From NCBI GenBank assembly GCA_045586505.1, contig JAZNAL010000035.1, positions 13,866 to 77,865 on the forward strand: a stretch of DNA of 64,000 bases. The letters run 5' to 3'. Of the stretch, positions 43,072 to 53,682 are shown piece by piece. Under the pieces are notes generated by a model. It was given only the letters and a program-made list of their open reading frames with translations, was not told the origin of the DNA and did not search any database. The translations under genes were made by a program, and so were the position numbers. Source of the stretch: Candidatus Flemingiibacterium sp. (GTDB lineage Bacteria > Bacillota > Clostridia > Oscillospirales > CAG-272). How positions within the stretch are numbered: the first letter of the stretch is position 1; every line of letters starts with the position of its first letter.

Positions 43072-44321
43072 ACACTCATGAAATCCCGCACAAATTCGGG
43101 GTAGGATTTATTGATACAGCTCATGTCGTCGACTATAACGTCACCTGTGCATCCCACAGATGCACACGCCGCCGCCATAGCAATACGGTGGTCGTTGCAG
43201 GCACACACCTTGCCGCCCGTAAGCGACTTTTTACCGACGATGATAAGCCCGTCCTCGCATTCGGTGACCTCGCCGCCAAGCGCCCTTAGCATATCCGCGG
43301 TGGACGCAATGCGGTCGCTTTCCTTAATGCGGAGTCTGCCTGCGTTGTAAATGCGCGTGGTGCCCTCAGCAAGCGCCGCCATAACGGCAAGCGCGGGCAC
43401 GAGATCGGGAATGTCTGAGGCATCGATATCACTCGCCGTCAGCTTTTCCGCCGCCGTAACGGTCACGTCGCCATCGTTCCATTCGACCTTGGCGCCGAAG
43501 CGGCTGACAATGTCAAACAGCTTGAAGTCGCCTTGCTTGGTGTCGCGGCGGATACCGCTAAGCGTTACCTTGCCGCCGATCGCTGCAGGCACAGCGAAAA
43601 ACGCCGCCTGTGAGCAGTCGCCCTCAACGGTGATCTCGAGCGGCTTCAGCCCTCCGCCCTTTACGGTGTACCCGGTGGCTGTCTCTGCGATCTCGGCACC
43701 GAAAAGCCCCAGCATATCAAGGCTCAGGTCAACATAAGGCTTGCTTTCAAGACGTGTGGTCAGCGTGATCTTACTCTCGCCCTCCACCTGTGTGAGCGCA
43801 TAAAGAAGGCCCGTGACAAACTGCGAGGAAATGTCGCCGCGCAGGGAATACTCACCTGCCGCGAGCTGTCCCGATACGTGAAGCGGCAAGAAGTCTCCGC
43901 TTGCGGGATAAACCAGCTTGGCACCGTTTGCCTCCAGCATTGGCTTATAAATATCGGTAGGGCGCATTGGCAGTCTGCCTTCTCCGGTAAAAGTCACATC
44001 AGCTCCGAGAGCGGCGGCAAGCGGTATAAAAAAACGCAGAGTAGATGCCGACTCACCGCTAGTGACCTCCCCTGCCGTCACCCCACGTCCGCAGGGCTTG
44101 CTGACGTAAAAGGTGCGCTCGTCCTTATTATACTCAAGCACTGCACCGAGGGCACGAAGGACGCCCACGGTTGCGGTGATGTCATTTGAAATATCGATTC
44201 CGTGCACGACGGAATCACCTGCCAGCGCCGCGCACATAAGTGCGCGGTGTGACTGGCTTTTTGATGATGGTATGCGCACCCTGCCGTTGATTTCGGCAGG
44301 ATGAAAGCTCATGTTATTCAA
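43056..44321 (-). CDS. aroA: EPSP synthase
   Basis: PSSKSQSHRAL, SSQF, KESDRI, DHRIAMA, KSYPEF. Confidence 0.96.
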   Translation of the reverse strand: MNNMSFHPAEINGRVRIPSSKSQSHRALMCAALAGDSVVHGIDISNDITATVGVLRALGAVLEYNKDERTFYVSKPCGRGVTAGEVTSGESASTLRFFIPLAAALGADVTFTGEGRLPMRPTDIYKPMLEANGAKLVYPASGDFLPLHVSGQLAAGEYSLRGDISSQFVTGLLYALTQVEGESKITLTTRLESKPYVDLSLDMLGLFGAEIAETATGYTVKGGGLKPLEITVEGDCSQAAFFAVPAAIGGKVTLSGIRRDTKQGDFKLFDIVSRFGAKVEWNDGDVTVTAAEKLTASDIDASDIPDLVPALAVMAALAEGTTRIYNAGRLRIKESDRIASTADMLRALGGEVTECEDGLIIVGKKSLTGGKVCACNDHRIAMAAACASVGCTGDVIVDDMSCINKSYPEFVRDFMSVCRIK

Positions 44322-44339
44322 AATACGTTCTCCGAAAGA

Positions 44340-44457
44340 TTATTTTTCGAAATAGGCTTTACTGCCACTTCGAAGTACTGATCCTCAAGATTCGGGATGA
44401 ACTCGGGGGAGCCTCCCCATAGCAGCCCTCTGCGAGGGCGGGCTTGATGGAAAAAAA
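44340..44457 (-). pseudogene. Frameshifted remnant of the 3' end of a paralog of the upstream hydrolase
   Basis: Reads KPALAEGCY / SPEFIPNLEDQYFEVAVK versus the gene end KSAFDEGGY / SSRFSPNLEEQCISTAKK. Confidence 0.7.
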
Positions 44458-45759
44458 TTATTTGATGTTGTCAAGCAGTTTCTTTGCCGTGCTGATGCAC
44501 TGCTCCTCAAGGTTGGGGCTGAAGCGGGAGGACTTAGCCTCGTAGCCGCCCTCATCAAACGCAGATTTCGTGGGAAGATAACCCTCGTAGCCATTGGTGC
44601 AGCAGTTGGTGATAACGAACTTGTCGGGTGCCGCCGCACGTGCCTGAGCTGCATAAGCGGTAAAGGGCTCACCGCCGAAGCCTACAAGAACGATATTGGC
44701 AAAGGAAACCACGCTGACAGGTACGGGACGATAGATCTTCGCGGTGCGCAGGTCGATGATGCGGCGTGCATCTGCAAGGAGTGTGCTGCTGGGACTATAG
44801 TCTAACCTACCTGCCTCGTAGTCCTCGTAGAACTTCTTGCATTCCTCGTAGCGCTCCTCATCCTCGGTGCGGGTCTTGTTGTAAACAACCTCGATCTGAC
44901 CGGTAATCTTGTCACCTTCGGCGGGAGTGGTCTTGTCCCACACGCTGATCACCGCATCCGCTACCACGCGTCCCATCAAACGGGAGTGATCGTAGCCAGT
45001 ACGCTTCTCATGCATAAAATCGAGGTGATTGGAGTCGCCCTGTGCGCCGTTGATAAATACGCAGCTTACGCCCTTAAGGTCAGCCTCAACAAAGCGTCTT
45101 GTGAAGCCGGGCCAGTCAGCGGAGGCCTTGGTACCGCCGATAACATCGGGATGAGTGGAGAAGTTAACCAGCGCAATATCATTTGCGCCCTCACGCTTAA
45201 AGCGAACAAGACGCATGGTATTGTCGGGCTCGCCTACCATACCTACAAGCTGATCCTTCAGATCAGCCCTTGGATTTGTAACAATGGTGCCGTCCTTGAG
45301 ATAATAGCGTCTGATGAATGCGAGCGGCTCGCTTGTGAGAGTGGCGGCGGTGGAAACCTCCGCGTTGCACATATCCACAATGGCAAGCTGTGCTACGTCC
45401 GCGAACTTACGTATAAGCACGCTTATGTACTCTTCGTCCAGAATAGAGTGTGCATCGGTGGAACCGACATCGCCAAGCCGGATGGATGTATGCTGATGCA
45501 TACAGTGAATGTAGATGTGGTCTGCAGGGACGCCCGCACGCTTTTCGATAAGAGCCTTGATCTCATTGCATCTTGACATTACACAGCCGATAAGGTCGGA
45601 CGCGATAACAACAATGGTATCCTCACCATTGCCAACAGCGAGAGCGTTAAGCTCCAGCGGATCGAGAATGCCGTCCATGATTCTCGTACCGAAATAGCCG
45701 GAAAGTTTGTTTCCGAGGGGGGGAGTGACGTCAACTCTTGCAAATCCTGCTTTTAACAT
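44458..45759 (-). CDS. Neutral/alkaline ceramidase-like hydrolase
   Basis: AGFARVDVTPP, GILDPL, HCMHQHT, NFSTHPD, SADWPG, NGAQGD, GEPF, GYLPT..AFDEGGYE. Confidence 0.75.
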   Translation of the reverse strand: MLKAGFARVDVTPPLGNKLSGYFGTRIMDGILDPLELNALAVGNGEDTIVVIASDLIGCVMSRCNEIKALIEKRAGVPADHIYIHCMHQHTSIRLGDVGSTDAHSILDEEYISVLIRKFADVAQLAIVDMCNAEVSTAATLTSEPLAFIRRYYLKDGTIVTNPRADLKDQLVGMVGEPDNTMRLVRFKREGANDIALVNFSTHPDVIGGTKASADWPGFTRRFVEADLKGVSCVFINGAQGDSNHLDFMHEKRTGYDHSRLMGRVVADAVISVWDKTTPAEGDKITGQIEVVYNKTRTEDEERYEECKKFYEDYEAGRLDYSPSSTLLADARRIIDLRTAKIYRPVPVSVVSFANIVLVGFGGEPFTAYAAQARAAAPDKFVITNCCTNGYEGYLPTKSAFDEGGYEAKSSRFSPNLEEQCISTAKKLLDNIK

Positions 45760-45814
45760 AATTATTTACCTCACTTTTTATGATTTTAAATTTTTCTTAA
45801 GTAATATAAACCCT

Positions 45815-46852
45815 CTATATAAGCGCCTCAAGCTTATCGAGCGGTATCTTTTTAATTACCGCTTTTCCAAGCTCCTCGAGAAAAACAAATTTTATCTCGT
45901 CGGCAGTTCGCTTTTTATCCGAGCGCACCACCTTCATAAGCTCCGATGCTGGGTAGTCCATATCTGTGGGGAGTTCCCACTTTTCCAGCACCTCACGGAT
46001 GACACCCTCGTACTCCGAGCTGTATCCCACAGCCGCACCGATTCGCGCCGCGTAAAGCATGCCGATCCCCACCGATTCGCCGTGAGAGAATCGCTCAAAG
46101 CCGCCGAGCTTTTCAACGGCGTGACCGAGAGTGTGACCGTAGTTGAGAATAGCACGTATTCCCTCCTCAAACTCGTCCTCCTCCACGACCTGCGCCTTTA
46201 TCTTCATACAGCGGTAGATCATCTCCGCGCGGTCGATAGAGCCTGACGCGATACCGTCAAACAGCGTCTTGTCCGCGATACAGCCGTATTTGATCGCCTC
46301 GCCCATGCCATCGTCGATATAACGCCCCGGAAGCGTGTCGAGGAATCGGCTGTCGGCGATGACCGCCACGGGCTGATGGAAAGCACCCACAAGATTTTTG
46401 CCCACTGCAAGATCAACGCCCGTTTTGCCGCCGATGGAGGAATCGATCTGCGACAGAAGTGTGGTCGGCATCTGTAGGACCGCGATACCGCGTAAATACG
46501 TGGCCGCAGCAAAACCTGCCATATCACCGCAGACGCCGCCGCCAAGCGCAATCACCAGCGACTTACGGGTCAGACTCGCGCCCGCAAACGCCGCATACAT
46601 ATCGGCAACGGTCTCAAGCCGCTTGCTTAATTCGCCCGCCTTGAAAATATGCTCGCCCGATAACTTGCCGCAAGCACTTATCGCCGCCTTTACCTGCTCC
46701 CCCCAAATGGGGTAGACATTGCTGTCGGATACAAGGAACACGCAATCATACTCCCGCTCGGCAAGCGCTTCGCCGAGGGCTTCGGCAACAATGTCCTGAC
46801 CGACATAAATATTATAGCTTCCGCTCGAGTGTGAAACACTGATCTTTTTCAT
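45815..46852 (-). CDS. aroB: 3-dehydroquinate synthase
   Basis: ALGGGVCGD, PTTLLSQIDSSIGGKTG, KNLVGAFHQP, LNYGHTLGHAVE, HGE. Confidence 0.96.
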   Translation of the reverse strand: MKKISVSHSSGSYNIYVGQDIVAEALGEALAEREYDCVFLVSDSNVYPIWGEQVKAAISACGKLSGEHIFKAGELSKRLETVADMYAAFAGASLTRKSLVIALGGGVCGDMAGFAAATYLRGIAVLQMPTTLLSQIDSSIGGKTGVDLAVGKNLVGAFHQPVAVIADSRFLDTLPGRYIDDGMGEAIKYGCIADKTLFDGIASGSIDRAEMIYRCMKIKAQVVEEDEFEEGIRAILNYGHTLGHAVEKLGGFERFSHGESVGIGMLYAARIGAAVGYSSEYEGVIREVLEKWELPTDMDYPASELMKVVRSDKKRTADEIKFVFLEELGKAVIKKIPLDKLEALI

Positions 46853-46944
46853 AAGTTTACTCCGCTTTTACGGTTACAGAATGTTGAGTGGTGTATTATG
46901 TTCCATTTTTGCAAATAACTTTTGGATACAAGTATTCATAATAT

Positions 46945-46973
46945 ATTGTACCATAAATTACGCGTTTTTGCAA
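46945..46973 (-). promoter_or_regulatory. aroB promoter
   Basis: TTGCAA, 17 bp, TG-G-TACAAT. Confidence 0.55.
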
Positions 46974-47083
46974 TGATACGGGCGATAATTTTTTAGTTTT
47001 TTCATTAATTCGGGATTATGACAACAAAATCAAGGCTAAGTTTAAAAAATATGTTAAATATTACGCCAAGTTTATAAAATCAC

Positions 47084-47113
47084 TTGACAACACGCGGTTT
47101 TTTGAAGTATAAT
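47084..47113 (+). promoter_or_regulatory. Promoter for the AI-2E transporter gene
   Basis: TTGACA, 18 bp, TATAAT. Confidence 0.65.
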
Positions 47114-47147
47114 TTAACTAAGTAATAAATTATTCGGAGGAACCCCA

Positions 47148-48572
47148 TTGAAAATCGATTGGAATCGCAAGTATACCACCATCGCGGTGTATGTGTTCTT
47201 CACCGCCTTGGCGATAATGCTGTTATGCACTGTTTTCATGAATTTTGACGGTGTTTCAGCATTCTTCACCACGCTGAACGGAATTCTGATGCCCGTCTAC
47301 ATCGGTTTCGGCGTGGCATACATCGCAAATCCCATAATGAAGATGGCTGAAAAGCATATTTTCCGCTTCAAGGTCAACTCAAGCCGCCGCTTTAATTTAA
47401 AGCGCGGACTTTCAATAACCCTGGCACTGATCGTACTACTTATCATACTGACCATCTTGTTCCTTCTCATTATTCCGCAGGTAATACTCAGTGTCACCGA
47501 CCTTGTGTCAAAGCTCAGCGGCTATATTGAGAAAACCGTGAATTGGCTGGATGAATTTCTTCCCGATTCGATATTTGACAGAACAAATCTCACCGTTGAA
47601 AACTTCTTTAACAGCCTGGTCAGCTATTTCACAAATTCCGAGATCGGCGAAGAGCTGTCGGATATCTCCAAGCAGCTCGATCTCCTGTCCGACAACCTTG
47701 ATACCCTGATCTCCAACTCCTTCACAATAATCAAGGATTACGTTCCCGTAGTATTTGACGCCTTTGCAGGTGTGGCAAACGGTGTGCTGAACGTGGTTCT
47801 CGGCGTATTCTTCGCCATCTACACCCTTTCCTCCAAGGAAAAGCTGGTCGCACAGGTCAAAAAGGTCATCCGCGCATTCACCGGCGATCACACATACAAC
47901 AGTATTCTGGAATTCGGTAACTTCACAAACAAGACCTTCGGCTCCTATCTTATCGGAAAGGTGCTCGACTCGTTTGTGGTAGGAATCGTAATGTTTATCG
48001 TGTGCGCACTCTTTAAGATTCCCTACGCCCCCCTACTCAGCGTACTTATTGCTATCACCAACATCATCCCTATCATCGGTCCGTTCATCGGTGCCGTACC
48101 CGGTATTCTGATAATCTTCATCGTTGATCCCTCAAAGGTACTTCCGTTTATCATCATCAACATACTGATCCAGCAGGTGGACGGAAATATCATCGTACCG
48201 AAGATCCTCGGCGAGACCACAGGTCTCAGCTCACTCTGGGTGCTCTTCTCTATCACCGTTCTCGGCGGTCTGTGGGGACTTACGGGAATGTTCATAAGCG
48301 TGCCGATCTTCGCGATACTATATATGCTCTTCAAGCTGTATGTGGAAAAGCGTTTACATGAGAAGGAGCTTCCGGTAGACACCTTCGAATACTATACCGA
48401 CCGCGAGATACGGGAGTTTCCCGATCACGATGACAACAAGCAATCCTTCGCCGCAAAGATGAGAGACACAACCATCAATATGTCAATGAAGCCCCCCCTC
48501 GGCAAGCTGTTCAAGAATAAAAAGGCAAAGGGACAACATAACAAAGACGATAATAACGACAATAATAAGTAA
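47148..48572 (+). CDS. AI-2E family transporter
   Basis: TNIIPIIGPFIG, QQVDGNIIVPKILG, GMFISVP; multiple TM helices. Confidence 0.92.
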   Translation: MKIDWNRKYTTIAVYVFFTALAIMLLCTVFMNFDGVSAFFTTLNGILMPVYIGFGVAYIANPIMKMAEKHIFRFKVNSSRRFNLKRGLSITLALIVLLIILTILFLLIIPQVILSVTDLVSKLSGYIEKTVNWLDEFLPDSIFDRTNLTVENFFNSLVSYFTNSEIGEELSDISKQLDLLSDNLDTLISNSFTIIKDYVPVVFDAFAGVANGVLNVVLGVFFAIYTLSSKEKLVAQVKKVIRAFTGDHTYNSILEFGNFTNKTFGSYLIGKVLDSFVVGIVMFIVCALFKIPYAPLLSVLIAITNIIPIIGPFIGAVPGILIIFIVDPSKVLPFIIINILIQQVDGNIIVPKILGETTGLSSLWVLFSITVLGGLWGLTGMFISVPIFAILYMLFKLYVEKRLHEKELPVDTFEYYTDREIREFPDHDDNKQSFAAKMRDTTINMSMKPPLGKLFKNKKAKGQHNKDDNNDNNK

Positions 48573-48649
48573 AAAATGCTCCCGAGCAATGACTCGGGAG
48601 TATTTTTGTGTCAGTCACAGCAAAAAAGCCGCGCTGAGCGCGGCTTTTT
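48572..48649. terminator. Two tandem terminators between convergent genes
   Basis: AAAAATGCTCCCGAG..CTCGGGAGTATTTTT and AAAAAGCCGCGC-TGA-GCGCGGCTTTTT. Confidence 0.75.
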
Positions 48650-48667
48650 AACAGCTCTTTGTAGAGA

Positions 48668-49801
48668 TTATCTTCCCTTATTGTTGTTAAGGATATTGAG
48701 AATCGTGCCTAAATCGTCCTCAGAGATACGGTCCTCGTCCTCATCCTTCTTGGAAGCGGTTGCGGAAGCTTCTTCACCAGCCTTAGCCCCGGGAGCGGCT
48801 GCTGCAGCCTTCGCTTGTTCTTCGACGGTGTTCTGCATACTCTTGGGAGCGCTGTCGAATCCGGTAGCGATAACGGTGATGCGGATCTCGTCCTCGAGAG
48901 ACGGGTCGAATGCCACACCGAAGATAACATTTGCATCAATATGAGCCTCATCCTTGACCATATTGGATGCAGTGTCAACATCCTCGAGGGTCATGTCTGC
49001 GGAGCCGGTGATGGAGAGGATTATGCCGCGAGCGCCCGCAATGGATGTCTCGAGCAGAGGGCTGGAAATAGCAGCCTTTGCCGCAAGTGCAGCCTTTTCC
49101 TTACCGGTAGCACTGCCGACGCCCATGTGAGCGTAGCCAGCGTTGGTCATAATAGCGGTAACGTCAGCAAAGTCGAGGTTGATGAAGCCGTCAACAGCGA
49201 TAAGCTCTGCGACGCTCTGTACACCGTGACGAAGCACATCATCGGCAACCTCAAATGCGTTAACGAGAGTAATTCTTGTATCAGATACCTGCTTAAGTCT
49301 CTCATTGGGAACGATGATAAGCGAGTCAACTACCTCAATGAGGTTCTTGATGCCTGACTCAGCCTGCGCCATACGAACCTTGCCCTCGAATGCGAAGGGC
49401 TTGGTTACAACGCCGACGGTAAGTATGCCCATATCCTTTGCGGTCTTGGCAACGATGGGTGCCGCGCCGGTACCTGTACCGCCGCCCATACCCGCGGTAA
49501 CGAATACCATCTGGGTGCCTTCAAGCATCTTCTTGATCTCTTCAATAGACTCCTCGGCAGCTCTTGCGCCGATCTCGGGGTTAGCGCCTGCGCCGCGGCC
49601 CTTGGTGATCTTCTCGCCGATGTCGATCTTGGTGACCGCATTGGATCTTGAGAGAGCCTGTCTGTCAGTATTGATCGCTACGAATTCAACACCGCGCATA
49701 TTAGCGGCGATCATGCGATTGACGGCGTTATTTCCGCCGCCGCCGACGCCGATTACTTTTATATTCACATTGCCAAAGTTATTGTCGAGTTCAAATGCCA
49801 T
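48668..49801 (-). CDS. ftsZ: Cell division protein FtsZ
   Basis: [27 protein letters not shown]. Confidence 0.98.
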   Translation of the reverse strand: MAFELDNNFGNVNIKVIGVGGGGNNAVNRMIAANMRGVEFVAINTDRQALSRSNAVTKIDIGEKITKGRGAGANPEIGARAAEESIEEIKKMLEGTQMVFVTAGMGGGTGTGAAPIVAKTAKDMGILTVGVVTKPFAFEGKVRMAQAESGIKNLIEVVDSLIIVPNERLKQVSDTRITLVNAFEVADDVLRHGVQSVAELIAVDGFINLDFADVTAIMTNAGYAHMGVGSATGKEKAALAAKAAISSPLLETSIAGARGIILSITGSADMTLEDVDTASNMVKDEAHIDANVIFGVAFDPSLEDEIRITVIATGFDSAPKSMQNTVEEQAKAAAAAPGAKAGEEASATASKKDEDEDRISEDDLGTILNILNNNKGR

Positions 49802-49957
49802 TTTCAGTATCCTCCTAAAATTTCTATGTCCGAATTATCGAAATCCTTCGATATAAAGTTCCTCATATAATAATATAATAATATTAAATCTCCTCTTTTG
49901 CAATAGGTTTTAAAAAAGTTTAATATTTTTTTACGATTAATGCATATTTTCGAACGG

Positions 49958-50884
49958 TCAATCGTCAAATTCGATCACTAAATTCGGATTTTTGATGACC
50001 GGGCACTGTGAAGGGTCATTTGCATCTATTGTCGCCGGCACACCGTCCGAGAACACCTCGTTCTCAAGCATACCTGCCACCGCCGTGAGCTTGGTGTTAA
50101 GCTCATCGCCGTTTCCAAGGTCAACAAGGTAAATGTCGCTTGCGATCAGCGCCAGATTGAATCTGTCCCGCAAATCGAACGCCGTGGCCTTTTCAAAAAG
50201 CGGACTCGCTTCAAGTGCGTCCACGTACGCCGTCACATACCGCTCAAAAACCTCTGTGTCAAACTCTATCTCATACCCCACAAGCGCGGAATCGATCTCG
50301 GGGAGCAAAAGCTCGATAAGCCCCATTCCGTCAAGCTGTGAGCGTACAAACACGCGATCAAGTATGCGAAGCTCGTCCGACAGCACAAAATACTCGCCGT
50401 ACAGCTTGCACATATACCTAGGTTCGTCCTCGATCAAATTGATAATAAGCGTGTGCGGAAGTTTTCTTGTGATGTGAGCCTGCTTAATATAAGCAAGTCG
50501 CCCACGAAGCGGTTCCAGATCGGAATTCGAGACCTCATAAAGGCTGAGCCCCTCCTCAATTCCCGTGATCGAAAGGATCTTATCCTTCGAATAACGGGAG
50601 GAACCGACGATCTCGATCTCCTCGATACGGAAGAACACCGCAAGGCATATGATCACAAAAATGGCAGTCAGCACCCCGAAGATCACAAAATATGTAAGCC
50701 TCGAAAAATGCCGTCTTGTTCTATTGTGCTTTTGAAACTTTTGCAGACTTTCCTTACTTTTTATCTGCGCAAGCTCTTTTTCGTCACCGGTAAAGAATCG
50801 GCTCTCCCGGCGGTCGCTCGAATGGCTCATACGATTTTCCCCCGTGAGTTCTGTTCCTTCCGACGATTTCCGATATCTGCCCAT
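49958..50884 (-). CDS. ftsQ: FtsQ/DivIB cell division protein (start may be 50830)
   Basis: Single TM helix then POTRA (FRIEEIEIVG...YIKQAHITRKLPHTLII); between murG and ftsZ. Confidence 0.85.
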   Translation of the reverse strand: MGRYRKSSEGTELTGENRMSHSSDRRESRFFTGDEKELAQIKSKESLQKFQKHNRTRRHFSRLTYFVIFGVLTAIFVIICLAVFFRIEEIEIVGSSRYSKDKILSITGIEEGLSLYEVSNSDLEPLRGRLAYIKQAHITRKLPHTLIINLIEDEPRYMCKLYGEYFVLSDELRILDRVFVRSQLDGMGLIELLLPEIDSALVGYEIEFDTEVFERYVTAYVDALEASPLFEKATAFDLRDRFNLALIASDIYLVDLGNGDELNTKLTAVAGMLENEVFSDGVPATIDANDPSQCPVIKNPNLVIEFDD

Positions 50885-51001
50885 CGAATATCGCGAGGGC
50901 GAAATACCGCCTTTGTAATATTATATCATAGCAGATAACAAAAAGTCAAGCGATTTACGCCGATTTATACGAATATTTGCAGATTTTTTCACACAATTTC
51001 A

Positions 51002-52123
51002 CTATTTTTTACCTGCAAGCTTCAAAAGATCGAGATATATGCTCCGATTAGCATCGGGAAGTGCAAACTCTGCGATATTTTTCGACATTTCCGAGCGTTT
51101 CCCGCTGTCTTCCAGCAATCCAGACAGCGCCGCGGTGAGCTTTCCGTCCGTCAGCTCTTTTTCTTCAAACAGAAGCGCCGCACCCTTATCGGCAAGCACC
51201 TTTGCGTTCTTGTACTGATGATTGTCGGCAACATGAGGTGACGGTATGAGCACACAGCACTTTTTAAGCGACGCAAGCTCCGATAGCGTCATGGCTCCCG
51301 CACGGCTGACGACCACGTCCGCCGCCGCCATCAAATCGGGCATATTGTATATATACTCGTTTATCTGGATATTTTCGTAATTCTGAAGCCCGTATTCTTT
51401 CGCTTTCGCGGTAGCTGCCGCGTATTCGATGGCGCCCGTGGCATGGATATGAAGCACCTCGGGATGATTTCTTGTGTAATCACGCATAAAGTCAAGCATT
51501 TCGTCGTTGACCTTCTCTGCGCCCATGCTTCCGCCGTAGGAGAGGAGGAGTTTTTCATACCTTCCGTCAATGCCAAGCTTGCTTCTTGCGTCCTTATAGC
51601 CCAGTGAGGAAAATTCCGGCTTTATGGGATTTCCCACCTTCACGGTCTTCTCTCTGTATGCTTCACCCAGCGCCTCGGCAGTGGCATCGAAATTCACATA
51701 GATGCGGTCGACATACCGCGCCAGCATCTTTACTGCCACACCGGGGATCGCGTTTGATTCATGTATCGCCGTAGGGATACCAAGTGACGCCGCCGCTTTG
51801 AGAAGCGGCCAGCAAACGTATCCTCCCGTGCCCACAACGAGGTCCGGCTTAAATTCCTTCAGTATCTTTTTCGCCTTCATGGGTGAAGTGAATGCAAGCC
51901 ATGCGGATTTGATGTTGTAAGGTGTCAGCTTGCGCTTGAAGCCCTGCACCTCCACATGATGAAGCTTATATCCTTCCTTCGGCACCAGCTTGTTTTCGAT
52001 GCCGCGCGAGGTTCCCACAAACTCTATTTCCGAGCCCGGCTGATTCTCGCGTATACTATTGGCGATAGCAATTGCGGGATTGACGTGTCCGCCCGTACCG
52101 CCGCCGGTCATTAAAACTTTCAC
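51002..52123 (-). CDS. murG: MurG glycosyltransferase
   Basis: GGGTGGHVNPA, GTGGYV, HESNAIPG, GGSMGA, SRAGA, HQYKNA. Confidence 0.97.
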   Translation of the reverse strand: MKVLMTGGGTGGHVNPAIAIANSIRENQPGSEIEFVGTSRGIENKLVPKEGYKLHHVEVQGFKRKLTPYNIKSAWLAFTSPMKAKKILKEFKPDLVVGTGGYVCWPLLKAAASLGIPTAIHESNAIPGVAVKMLARYVDRIYVNFDATAEALGEAYREKTVKVGNPIKPEFSSLGYKDARSKLGIDGRYEKLLLSYGGSMGAEKVNDEMLDFMRDYTRNHPEVLHIHATGAIEYAAATAKAKEYGLQNYENIQINEYIYNMPDLMAAADVVVSRAGAMTLSELASLKKCCVLIPSPHVADNHQYKNAKVLADKGAALLFEEKELTDGKLTAALSGLLEDSGKRSEMSKNIAEFALPDANRSIYLDLLKLAGKK

Positions 52124-52152
52124 TGATCGTATCCTCTTTTATTTAGTATTTG

Positions 52153-53670
52153 CTACTTTTGCTGCTTTGAGAAGCGCGAGATCGACAAAACGATACCCAT
52201 CTCCGCCATCAGTACGCACAGCGACGAGCCGCCGTAGGAGAAAAACGGAAGCGAGATTCCCGTGTTGGGTATTGAATTTGTGACAACCGCGATATTGAGC
52301 AGCGCCTGCAGTGCCACCTTACCGACAATACCCACGACCACAAGAGAAGAATAGGTATCGGGCGCCTTCATCGCAATTACAAAGCCACGCCATACAAACA
52401 GCACAAACAGCAGTATTACTGCAAGCGCTCCGATAAAGCCCAGCTCCTCGCACACGATGGTAAAAATGAAGTCATTCTGCGGCTGTGACACAAACATATG
52501 CTTCTGATAGCTCTCGCCCAGGCCTTCGCCGAAAAGTCCGCCCGAGCCGATTGCATAAAGTCCCTGAAGGGTCTGATAGCCGTCGCCCTGGGGATCGTTC
52601 TCGGGATGAAGCCAAATATCGATACGACGCTTGGTGTACGGCGTGACCAGACTGAATATACCAAGTGCTACCGCACCAACGGCGCCCATTCCCACAAGCA
52701 GTCTGAGCGGGGTGCCGCTGGCAAAGATTATGATTATACCGATGGCAAACATGATGATCGTTCCCGAAAGATGCTTCTCGATCACGACAAGAAGGCACGC
52801 AATGCCTGTGATGGCAAGAGGAACGAAGGTGCCGAAGAAGGATGCGCGCACCATATTGGATCTGTCCGTTGCCCGCTCATAGTAGCGGTCACAGAACCAG
52901 GCAAGCATGAGTACAAGTCCCAGCTTCATAAACTCCGAGGGCTGTATATCGGTAAAGCCCAGGTCGATCCAGCGTTTTGCACCGTTTCGCTCAGCACCGA
53001 TTATCGGCACAAGGCAGAGAAGGAAAAAGCACACGATAAAAAACGGCACGGTGAAACGCTTGTACCATTCGGGTCTGAACCAGGTCGCAAACGCCATTAC
53101 GATGAATCCGACAACAATGAATACAAACTGACGGAAGATAATATAATAGCTGTCGTCGTACTTGTTTTTGGAATAAACGTAGCTTGCGGAATATACCATA
53201 ATGGTACCGAATGCAAGAAGTATCAGTACAAGCACCAGGAATACATAGTCGATGCTTCCCTGCTCTCTTATAAGATCGCGCTTTTCAAGCACCGTGCGGT
53301 CTACCGCAAAGGTCTTTTTAAGCCAGGAAAGCGCTCCGCCCGACTGCCCTGTCCGTGCGGATGCGGGCACTGGAGCAGTTCCCGCAGGCCGCATCGCGGT
53401 ACTGCGATTTGCCACATTTTGCTGACGTGTATGCTGAGGAGTACCCCGACCGGCCTTTATGGTACGCCGCGTCTGCATCTGAGACGCCTGCTGCGGGGCA
53501 CTCTTGGCGGATCTGCGGACATCGCCGTTCTGAGTATACCCTGCCTGCGGCGCGCCGTTTCGGGGATTTTGCCCTCGGTTATTGGGCGGCACAGAATTTG
53601 CACGCCGTGCACCGTTATTGTTATTCTGACTGTAATGATAATTTCGCTTGTCGTCGTGCAACCCGGTCAC
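52153..53670 (-). CDS. ftsW: SEDS protein FtsW/SpoVE with long N-terminal extension
   Basis: GAKRWI, QPSEFMK, AIGSGGLFGEG, DFIFTIVCEELG, PFFSYGGSS. Confidence 0.93.
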   Translation of the reverse strand: MTGLHDDKRNYHYSQNNNNGARRANSVPPNNRGQNPRNGAPQAGYTQNGDVRRSAKSAPQQASQMQTRRTIKAGRGTPQHTRQQNVANRSTAMRPAGTAPVPASARTGQSGGALSWLKKTFAVDRTVLEKRDLIREQGSIDYVFLVLVLILLAFGTIMVYSASYVYSKNKYDDSYYIIFRQFVFIVVGFIVMAFATWFRPEWYKRFTVPFFIVCFFLLCLVPIIGAERNGAKRWIDLGFTDIQPSEFMKLGLVLMLAWFCDRYYERATDRSNMVRASFFGTFVPLAITGIACLLVVIEKHLSGTIIMFAIGIIIIFASGTPLRLLVGMGAVGAVALGIFSLVTPYTKRRIDIWLHPENDPQGDGYQTLQGLYAIGSGGLFGEGLGESYQKHMFVSQPQNDFIFTIVCEELGFIGALAVILLFVLFVWRGFVIAMKAPDTYSSLVVVGIVGKVALQALLNIAVVTNSIPNTGISLPFFSYGGSSLCVLMAEMGIVLSISRFSKQQK

Positions 53671-53682
53671 CTCCGAAAATTC

